From a virus (Duplodnaviria > Caudoviricetes), in IMG/VR virus record IMGVR_UViG_3300042988_000456, positions 236 through 64,235 of that record: a stretch of DNA of 64,000 nt; one strand, given 5' to 3'. Below, in pieces: positions 18,358 through 28,100 of the stretch. Made by a program: the position numbers and the translations under genes. Numbering within the stretch: position 1 is the stretch's first letter; each line of letters starts with the position of its first letter. The notes beneath the pieces were generated by a model, which was not told the origin of the DNA, made no database searches, and was given only the letters and a program-made list of their open reading frames with translations.

Positions 18358-19358
18358 CTGACACAAACAAGGTGGATGTGGGGCCGTTCAGCGATGAGCC
18401 GGTAATGTACGGAACACCTTGGGGCGATCTTGTACCAGCCTCCGCACTCGCGGCACTACGCCAAGAAATCATTGCCAAGAACGCACCAGAGATAGAGAAG
18501 GTAAATGCGCACATCAAACAAGTTGAGGCAGAGCGCTACACCCTACGCACCCAACTAGCTGAAGCACAGGCAGAAGCCGAGATGTGGAAAGCCACTGCCA
18601 AAGCTACCGTGTGTATGCATTGTGATGCTGAGAACAAGCGGTTGCAAACACAACTAACTGAAGCACAGGCAAAACTGGAGGACACCACATCTGAATACAA
18701 CCGCTGCGTTGAGGATGTTCATGCTGCAAGGGCAGAAGCACTTGAGTACCAGCAAGCCGCTGACAAGATGGCTATGGATCACAAGATTGAGCGGGATGGA
18801 TTACGCACGCAACTGCAAGCAGAACAAGCCAAGGTGCGGGAATTGGTGGAGCCGGTGGCGTGGATGGTTCACCCGTTTGATTACGGTATAGGGCATGAAG
18901 GTGTCTATGCACTGACCACACGCACTGAACAGGTAATGCTCTGGAAGCATAAAGGGTGGGATGTTCAGCCACTCTACCCCGCCTCCGCAATCGCAGCACT
19001 ACAGACAGAGAATGAGAAGCTGAAGGAAGGCCTCGACAAGCGTTGGTACAAGATGGACTTTGATGCAGTCAAGGCGACCACCGACAGGATAGTTGCTGAA
19101 CGCGACACCCTACGCACCCAACTCGCTGAAGCACAGGCAGAACTTGCTGAATGGCAGCACACAAACAGGATTGATGCGCTCTACCGTCAGTTGGAAGCTG
19201 CACAGGCAGATGCTGCGCGGTATCGGTGGCTGCGTGACATGGATGAGCAACCTGTGTATTCACTGGCGGCAATATTCACCGACTGCCAAGGTAGCGCGGA
19301 AAGCATATCGCAAAGGATTGATTACGCAGTAGACACATTGATGAGGATGCCGAAATGA
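18354..19358 (+). CDS. Coiled-coil mosaic hypothetical protein (Ead/Ea22-like motifs)
   Basis: TLRTQLAEAQAE repeats, EPVAW and DAARYRWLR motifs. Confidence 0.6.
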   Translation: MTDTNKVDVGPFSDEPVMYGTPWGDLVPASALAALRQEIIAKNAPEIEKVNAHIKQVEAERYTLRTQLAEAQAEAEMWKATAKATVCMHCDAENKRLQTQLTEAQAKLEDTTSEYNRCVEDVHAARAEALEYQQAADKMAMDHKIERDGLRTQLQAEQAKVRELVEPVAWMVHPFDYGIGHEGVYALTTRTEQVMLWKHKGWDVQPLYPASAIAALQTENEKLKEGLDKRWYKMDFDAVKATTDRIVAERDTLRTQLAEAQAELAEWQHTNRIDALYRQLEAAQADAARYRWLRDMDEQPVYSLAAIFTDCQGSAESISQRIDYAVDTLMRMPK

Positions 19359-20141
19359 AACCGTTGACAGATGAAGAAATCAAAGAAGTGAGCGAAGTCG
19401 TGTGGGGTCCAGAACTGGACGTACCCGCTACTACCGCCGAGATTGCATTTGCCCGAGCAATCGAAGCCGCAGTGAATGCGAAGTGGGAAGCAGAGAACAA
19501 GCGTCTGCGGGAGGCGTTGGAGAACGCTGCTGACGATCTTGAACATTGGGGTGCGTATGCATCTGACTACTTCAAGAAGAAGTGGAATCTGCAAGGCGAC
19601 ATTGACGCTGCCCGTGCTGCACTGAAAGGGGATGTATGAGTTTTCTATTTCAATCCAGAGCCGCCGTACTACAAGCGGAAGCACAGCAAGCTCTTGTCGA
19701 AAAGATGATTGAGCTTGAGCAGGTGAAGCTAAAAGCCCTTGAGCTTGAGATGGATGTCAAGCACATGAAGATCATGGCTGATGAACGTCACGCGCTGAAG
19801 GAACATAACCAGCGTTTGCGTGAGGCGTTGGAGCCATTTGTTACAACTAATTCGTCAGAAGAATTTGTGCAACTGTCCGTGCGCTCAAGCGACATTGACG
19901 CTGCAAGAGCAGCACTGAAAGGGGATGTATGACTTTAGGACTATCGCCCCTAACAGGGGACGTTTACTCAGGCACCGTCAAGGGTGATATGTGGGTAGGC
20001 AAGAAAACAAACGTAACAAGCGACTTCCTTCGTTGCGTACTTGAGAAAGCCAAGCATCACGGCGGAGAGTTTGAGATTCGCGGCGGTGGAAAGTTGTTTA
20101 CCGTGACCGTGGTGGAAGAAGCACTGAAAGGGGATGTATGA
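19355..20141 (+). CDS. Three small genes all ending in ALKGDV (19355-19639, 19636-19932, 19929-20141)
   Basis: Each ends in the identical 21-bp GCACTGAAAGGGGATGTATGA. Confidence 0.6.
19619..20141 (+). repeat. Three exact 21-bp direct repeats at gene junctions
   Basis: gcactgaaaggggatgtatga at 19619-19639, 19912-19932 and 20121-20141. Confidence 0.9.
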
Positions 20142-20521
20142 AACTGACTGATGAAGAAATTGACGCTATCAGCGATGAATATTCCGGCGACAAAAATGAT
20201 TTGAGATATTTCGCCAGAGCAATCGAAGCCGCAGTGAACGCTAAGTGGGAGGCACTGCAATGGCAACCTATTGAGACTGCGCCGATGGATGGGGCCGCAA
20301 TCATCTTGTGCCGCGATGATCGGGTCACATGCGGCCACTGGGAGTCAGAGAGGTTGCTTACGGATGCTGAATACCACAGCTCGACCGGAGAATATTTGGG
20401 GCAGTTCGAGACGGGCGAGGTTGTCGAAGCGTGGTGGTATTCGGAAGACGGCGGGTTTTCTACCGAAGCTCCACCTACCCACTGGATGCCGTTGCCACAA
20501 TCGCCAAAGGAGTCCGCATGA
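20138..20521 (+). CDS. DUF551-like protein
   Basis: WQPIETAP...PTHWMPLP. Confidence 0.75.
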   Translation: MKLTDEEIDAISDEYSGDKNDLRYFARAIEAAVNAKWEALQWQPIETAPMDGAAIILCRDDRVTCGHWESERLLTDAEYHSSTGEYLGQFETGEVVEAWWYSEDGGFSTEAPPTHWMPLPQSPKESA

Positions 20522-21200
20522 AAGTACTGATTGACCGCGCCTTGCTGGAGAGGGTGCTTGCTGTATTTGCAGCGATACCAGAGAACATCGAAGGCTACAT
20601 GCCGGATGGCACTGATGTTGTTGTGTGTGACCTGCGCGAGGCACTGCAAGCAAAGCCGGTGAAGTTTACGCAATTCGGGAATAGCGAAGATGTAAGGAAA
20701 GCAAAGCCGGTGGAGCGCAAGCAGATGAAATGCATCTACTGCGATGAGCCGACAAACTTTGACCATACCTGTCCCATCAGCAGGAAACCGGCGTTTACAT
20801 TCATCGACCCAGTGGCAGAGATGGACAAGACAAGCGCCAACCTCGACACGTTCCAGCACGTTCACTTCAGCGACCCCGGCAAGGGGCTGTGCATCACCTC
20901 ATCTGACATGGTGAAGTGGTTGATTACAAACAGGTCTGGTGACTACTTTAAACGCAACGATGACATAGAAGGCCACCCTGTATGACTGACTACCAAGCAG
21001 GAACAGAGGGTGGTGAGTACCTGTACCCCCGTGCCGGTGACCCTGAACCCCGCAAGGGGGCCAAGGTACAACTGCTGACTATTGGAGGCATCCACACTAC
21101 CGGCCCTTGGGATGCAGAAAACAATCTTGGCTGGCTTCCGCTTCCAAAGCGGAGCCGGATCAAGGAAGACTTGATAAAGGCAAAACATGAACGGATTTGA
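20518..21200 (+). CDS. Two hypothetical proteins (20518-20985, 20982-21200)
   Basis: Coupled ORFs; the second has KVQLLT.GG...GW.PLP. Confidence 0.5.
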
Positions 21201-21349
21201 GATACCCAAGCACTCCATCTTCTGGAAGCCTGACAACTCCAAGAAGACGGGAGTATCCAAGTACACACAGAACTTCCCGCCATTGAAGCTTCCGGGCAGT
21301 CACGGTGAGCCACATGAGCGTTTAAACAAAGACATTGAAAGGAAGAAGA

Positions 21350-21613
21350 ATGGATCGTGAACTCATTGCGGAAACCAACCCTGAACTAATCCTGTTGGAG
21401 CCTGCATCTATGGATGAGGCCATCCTTGGGATCGGCTCCAATGCAGCCACCGGAGATGAGTCTGTGGTGTATTCTGTGAAGAAGCTGCGCGAGGTGTTTA
21501 TGCGTCATGGAATGACGCATGATGAGGCTCAGGAACACATTGAGTACAACATCTTGTCCACCTACATGGGTGACCACACACCCACTTTTTTAACTGTCGA
21601 ATGGGGTGACTAA
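21350..21613 (+). CDS. Conserved hypothetical phage protein
   Basis: DEAILG...VVYS...EAQEHIEYNI...YMGDHTP pattern. Confidence 0.65.
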   Translation: MDRELIAETNPELILLEPASMDEAILGIGSNAATGDESVVYSVKKLREVFMRHGMTHDEAQEHIEYNILSTYMGDHTPTFLTVEWGD

Positions 21614-21903
21614 TGGGACTGAAGAAAGAACTGAAACAACTGCGAGAGATGGCTCTGGATGCGCTGGAAGAGCTGGGTCGCATGGAGCCGGAGAAGCAAC
21701 TTCATTTTATGAAGATGCTGGTGGATGCGATGGACTGCTACCATGCACATGGGCCAACCGGCGTCATGGTGACAGCCAAGAACCATGAGATTTGGATTTA
21801 CTCACTCAACAGTGATCCAACGGAGTTGCTGCGTTTAACCTCAGAAGCGGCCCGCATCCTGCAGACCAACTACCAAGCACCGCCAAGCGAGTTGATGAAT
21901 TGA
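21613..21903 (+). CDS. Hypothetical protein
   Basis: TAATG-coupled ORF. Confidence 0.55.
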   Translation: MGLKKELKQLREMALDALEELGRMEPEKQLHFMKMLVDAMDCYHAHGPTGVMVTAKNHEIWIYSLNSDPTELLRLTSEAARILQTNYQAPPSELMN

Positions 21904-22187
21904 ACTACCGCAGCCGCAAGCTGTTAGATGCTGCACGGGATGCTCCGTGCATGCATTGTGGTTTAAACGACTCCACAACTGTTGCAGCCCACAGCAATCA
22001 GCAGCGTGACGGTAAAGGCATGGGCATCAAGGCCCATGACTACCGCATAGCGTTCCTCTGTCACACCTGCCACGCAGCCATTGACCAAGGCTCTGGCTCG
22101 CGTGAGGAGAAAAAGCAAATATGGGAAGAGGCCCACCGCAAGACGGTGGGCTGGTTGTTTGAGACTGGGAAGATCAGTCCGACCTAG
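21900..22187 (+). CDS. DUF1364/YbcO-like zinc-binding putative nuclease
   Basis: RSRKLLDAAR..PCMHC...AAHSN...GKGMGIKAHD...LCHTCH. Confidence 0.75.
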   Translation: MNYRSRKLLDAARDAPCMHCGLNDSTTVAAHSNQQRDGKGMGIKAHDYRIAFLCHTCHAAIDQGSGSREEKKQIWEEAHRKTVGWLFETGKISPT

Positions 22188-25100
22188 CCATCTTGGCAAC
22201 CGCCTTGATGTTGTTGGTCAGTTCATTCTGCTGCTTGGTAATCTCCAACAGCATGTCTCGCTTCTGCTCTCCGCTCATGTCACTGGCCCTGATCAGGGTG
22301 GCACGGTCACTCAAGCTCTTCATGGTCTGGTTTAAACTGGACATGTAGGAGCGGATGGCATACAGCTTCTGGTTCTTTTCCCAATACTGCCCAAGCTCTT
22401 CACCGCCTTGGCCCTTGAGCAGGTTGACAGTTCTCACCACCTCATCCACTTCATCCTTGAGTCTGTAATACGCAGAGATGGTTCCCCGGGCCTCTGGGTC
22501 TGCAAGGAAGCGTTTCAACACTGGGGTCTGCTCAAACCGTTTGTCTGGCTTGGGGATGTCCGAATACTCATTGATCATGGCATCGAACAGATCGGACACA
22601 TACATGCCCATTGTTCCTGTGTAGCCCTTGTATGCATGCTCCAGCTTAATGGGGGACATGCCCAACTCTTTACCCAGTTGCTGCGCCCACAGTGCAGTGT
22701 TTCCTGTGGCTTGGTACTCTGGAGCAATGTCCTTCATGGCGCCGCTGACAACCTCTCTGCCTGTAAACGCAGAGTAGTTCACCACATTCTCTGCGATTGG
22801 AAGTACCGCCTGCGGTACAGGGTTGATAGCCAAGGTGCCCATGACAGCACGGCGACCAGCCAGCATCAGATCATCGGCTGTGTCATTGCCAAAGGCGTAC
22901 CGGTAGATGCGCTCCGGCAGTGTTTTAAACAGCAGACCCACTTCAAACGGGATCGGTATCTTCACCGGGGTTTCCATGCCGGGGACATGCACAATCCAGT
23001 TGTTGTCGCGTGTCTCTTCTTCTTGACGCTCATAGTCATCGTCACCAGCCATTTGAGCGGCATACATGACGCTCAACGACATCAGCATCAGACCACGCAC
23101 CATGAATGACTTGCATATACGCTTCTCATACTCCGTTGCATCCTTGGCATAGAGCGGACGGATGCCGGAGCGGAAGAAGATGTCTAAGCCCTGCATACGG
23201 GCATTCAGGAAGGGGATAGCTGCTGTGGCAATCCGAACCAAGGCAGAACTACCCTTGCGTCCGAAGTTCATCACCTCCATTGAGCGGAAGATGGCTTCTG
23301 CCTCATTGCCGGTGCGCTTCAGGGTATCTTCGTACACAGCCATGCGGGTAGCGGCATCAGACGCTTCTGTGGCCTGCTCCAACTGATCCCACAGACCCCA
23401 TGCGTAGTCACCCTTGGTCTTCTGTCCACCTTTGCGGCGCAGTGCATCACCAAAGGCTTTGCCACTTTGCTCAATGCCCTTGGACATCTCATAGCCGCCA
23501 AACACACCGGCATTGCGCAGAGCCTCATATACCGGGGAGCGTTTAAACAGAGCCTTGCCGAAGTTGGACAGGGTCGAGGTTACCGGGGTGATGTTGGCCC
23601 CGGATGTGACATATGCAGAAACTGCATCACGCATCATGTTCGCCAGAATGAAGCCCGGGTCTTTGGTCACAACGTTGCGCAGGAAGTTGGACGGAGCAGA
23701 CAGCAGGCTCATAAACGGCAACTCTGGCATGTTTAAACTCTTCACAGAGTCAAGGAACATGGGATCATCAACGTAGTACGAAACCTTCTTCCCATTCTCC
23801 AGCACAGTCATGTGGTGTACACCGGCAGTGGGTGTGGGAAGACGATGTGCCATGCCAAGTTGCGTAGCTAGGTCTGCCGCCTTGAGGGCGGCTGTGTTCT
23901 TCATGCCCATGTTGATGGCAGACTGGGTGTTGCGCACCACAGTCTCCAGCATGTCTGCAAGGGCTGCGTCACCACCCTTGGCAGTCTTGATCCCCGGAAC
24001 TCCAGCAATGCTGTTGGAGATGCGCGGGCCAATGGTTTCATCTTCTTCCAACTGACGGTAGAAGGGGAAGTAGTCTGCATGTTCAACAAACGTTTTGGCT
24101 GCAGCAGCAGAGATGAGTCCAGTGTCCTGCATGTACTTGACCAGCCCGTTGTTGTAGGTCAGCCACTCGTTACGAATGTCTTTGAACTCGGGGAACTTCT
24201 GCAATATGTCGGCTGCATGCTTGATGTCATCCCGTGTAAACAGTTCTTCCTTGTACTTGCCGGTAGCAGGGTTGATGATGTACTTGGAACCCCGTTGTAC
24301 TGCAGCCCAGTATTGATAGGTGCGGTACACATCGGGGTCGTTGTACTTCGCCAGCGGCAGGAAGATGTCCAGCAAGCCCTTGGTGCTGGTGTCCACGGTG
24401 GTCATGCCATTGCGGTACACAGGGATGCCACCCTTGGAACCCAGACCCATTGCAGCCGCAGCAACGGCTGCAGAGTTGTCGGACATGAGTGCTGCAGACT
24501 CTGCATTGGAGTCAGCAAGACGTTCAATGCCACCGTTGAGCTTTGCCAGATGACGCTCGTACTCACCAAGAGTCTGGTAACGGTTTAAAGCCTTCTGCCG
24601 GAAATAGGAGAACGCCTTCGGGGATGTGGCATTGATGATCCGATCCATGAAGCCTTCTACCTGCCGGGGCGTTGTAGTGGCTTGGATACGGTTCCATGCA
24701 GCAGGATTGATGTTGCTCTTCAAGCTGTACTTCTTGCCAGTGTCTGGGGTCGATTCATCCTCCATCTTCTGGAGGCTTTCAGGCGACCAGATGCCAGCGT
24801 TGCGCTGACCTCCATCGTAGTAACGAACCTCAATCGGGATGGAGTCCCAGCCTTCTGCCGCTGCAGCCATGATGCGGTGGTTGCCTTCGCTTACCCAAGG
24901 CTGACCATCGTACCCAATCATTACAAACGGAGCGTATTCTTTGCCACTGTCTGTCAACGGCAATTTGCCGGTCTCGCGCATGATCTTACGGATGGCTGCA
25001 AGATCGTCTTTACGAACGCGCTGTTGCTCACCATTCTGCCCCGGAACGGTCTTGGCAATAGAAACCGGAACCATCACAGGTCGGTTGAATGACCCAGTGA

Positions 25101-28100
25101 CAGATTGCATCTTTGGAACACCAAACTGTGATCGCGGTGCTTTGGCGGCGTAATCCACCTTGCCTTGTAGCCAACGATCATTGGGGATGTCTTCGTAGAA
25201 CTTGGGCGCAGAGCGCAGACTTGCCTTGCCAGTCAATGCCTTGCTCAAAATCTCGGTCAGTTCCGCATCTTCAAAATGCGTTGCGTTTGGCAAATCAGAT
25301 TCACGGAATGAACGGAATCCCGTGACATCGGCAGACTCAAGGCGATTGAAGCGTTGAATGAACTTTCCCGGAGGCAGTGGGCCGTCTATGTCGTAGAACT
25401 TGCCATCTAAAGACACCACTGCATGATCCGCACTGCCATCACGGCGAGTCAGGGATACCAGATCGCCGCCAATGACATTTTTTAGCGACTTAGCAAAGGT
25501 AATGCACCCTCCATCTAGAGGCCCAGAGCCTGTCACATCAAGAATATGGCTGTACAGTTCGTTTTTAACAGGCGCAATCGCCTGCTTAAACTCAGATACG
25601 GTTGATGGCGCTGTACGCAAGCTGTACCGGATGTCTGGGTTCTTAGGATTAAACGCACCGGAGTTACCGGCGGCTGATTTGATTTGCTCTGGACGGAACA
25701 CTGCAAATGTCCCACTCCCAAGCTGCTTGACCGCATTGTCAAAATCCATATAGCCAGTGATGAAGTCGCCGTCCTCATAGTAATCAACACCACCATTCTC
25801 AGACGCAACCAGTTCGCCCTTTGACTTGCCAAGTTTGACACGACCATTCCTCTCAAACTCTGCTTTGCTTGGCGATACATAGGGATCATGTATAACTCCA
25901 TCAAACCCACGCCGCTCAAGTTCAAGACGGGTGGCAACTTGTAGCGTAGGAGCGCCAGTATCCCGCCAAGTGTCAGCAATCTCACGCGCAACTGATCTTG
26001 CCTGTGCGCGTGTAGCTGGGTTCTTTAGCGAGATGTAGAATGCGCGTGTCTGAGGGTTTGTCGCATTCGGCCTACCCCAAGGGTAACGACCAGAACTGTC
26101 TGCGTTTTCAAAATCTGAAGAAAACCAAAATCCGTTGTATGGGCCGTCAGGATCATTGGGGTTGACCTTATCCAAGTCAAAAACATGGAAGTCCCTCTCG
26201 GGACTGCCGTGATACACCACCAGCGGCTTACCATCAGCATCGACCACCTTGGAGTTGCCAAACCATCGTTTAAATTCTGGTGTATCCGGGGCGGTGCGCA
26301 GGCTGGCCTTGGCAATCGGAAATACTTTGCGTTTAAACTGCTCCTGATTCGGAACTGTGACAGTGTCGCCATCCGTCTTTGGGTTGTAGTTGACAAAGAA
26401 CCCGCCGGTCTTCTGCGTGGATGTCTTCTCACTCAGATTTCCAGCCTTGTTCTTCAGGCCAACAATCACACCCTTGCCACCTTGTTTGGCTTTCAGGAAT
26501 GACTTGTCATCAATGAACCGCGCATCGTAGTCATCGCCGTTCAGGACGGCGTATGTCACACCGGTCTCCTCGTCGTGGAGGAACTTGGGCATGGCAGACT
26601 TGCTGGAGAACGCCATAGCAACGTTCTGTCCATCATTTAAACGACGGCGCATGGTTGCCCAGTTGTGGTCGTAGTCGCCCTTCTTGTTCTTGAAGAACAC
26701 CTTCTCACCATTGACGATCTGACCGAAACCAGTTGAGCTATAGGTCAGGTGATGGTTGGGTGCAATCGACTCACTGCCAAGCTTGGTGTAGTCATAGAAC
26801 ATGGCATCGGGGTTGCCCTCAATGATGCCCCGCCACATTTCCGGCTTGAAGTCAGATGTGACATTTAAACGGAACGCAGGCTGGAAGATTTCCTTTGGCG
26901 CACGAACCATCTTGCCGTCAACCTTCTTGCGCTCAGTCTCTGCGGTAGCCCATTCGGAGAACAGTTCGATCTCATGCTGCAGGACAATGGCAAACTCTTC
27001 AGGGTGCATGATGAGAGCTTCGGTCTTGAGGTACTGCATCATCCGTGCAGCGGCACGGAATGCACTCTTCTCAATGTCACCCACATCCTCCATTGCAGCG
27101 CCACCAAACATGAAGTTGCCGCCGGATGTCTCTCCAAGGCACAACCCTTCACAGATGGCAGAACGGGCACAAGTGTTGCTCTTGTCGGTAATCTTCTGGG
27201 CAGAAGCCAGACCCAGCCCCATAGAGGCCACACCCTTGTCGATGTCCAACAAGTCGGTGTAGTCATTGGTGCGGGTCTTCTCCAGCTTGCCGTTCTCGGT
27301 CATCAACGTTGAAACGTTGTGTTCCGACTTCAGAAGGTTACGCGCCTTCTTGGCGAAGGCTGCGCGGTCTTTCTTGTTGGTGATGGCTTTGTACTGTGCC
27401 ACCGCCTTGGAGATGCGATCTTCGTGATCCTTGTAGTTGAATTCATCGGTGATGGCTTCGTGCCGCGACTTCTGAATCGACTGCAGATTCATCTTCTTGG
27501 CAAAGGCTTTGCCATGACCTGTGGGGATGTAGAAGTCCACACGACCATTGTCAAACTTCTGATCCATCTGCAGGAAGTCAGGATTGACGTTCAGCAGCAC
27601 CGTGCTGCCGTTGAACTCATGGTCAAAGTTGCCACGATTGCGCAGTGTCTCAGCACCATTGGACTCATTGGTCACATAGATACGATCCCGTCCCTCAGAC
27701 GGGATGACCTTGGTGCGGCTGATCTGCAGAGCCATCTCTTTGGTGGTGTGGAAGTACACCGTCATGGTGCCGTCCTTGTTTAAAGGTACACCGGAGAGAG
27801 GGTGAACACCGTATGGCTTCTTGGGATTGACTGTCTTGATGGAGTACCTGACAGGGAAGTCAATCGGGCCTGCAGATGTGTAAGGCAGGATGCCGTTCTC
27901 TTCTTCGTACTTCTCAGCCTTGACAAGCTCTGCAGGTGTGGCTTTCCACTGATTGCGTATTGATGGCTTGGTGCTTGAGGCGGTGGTGGTGTCCACCTGA
28001 ACAGGGCGCAAGTCACCTTGCTCAACCTTGGTGAAAATCTTGGAAGATGTGGTGAACTCTGCACCGCGCAGTGAGTTGCTCAATGCCTCAAAGAATTGCT

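Noticed and set aside
19619-20141. 21-bp direct repeats as a CRISPR array
   Set aside because: Spacing is 209-293 bp, the intervals are whole genes, and the repeat encodes a stop/RBS/start junction. No cas operon; the Cas4-like gene sits in a recombination block.
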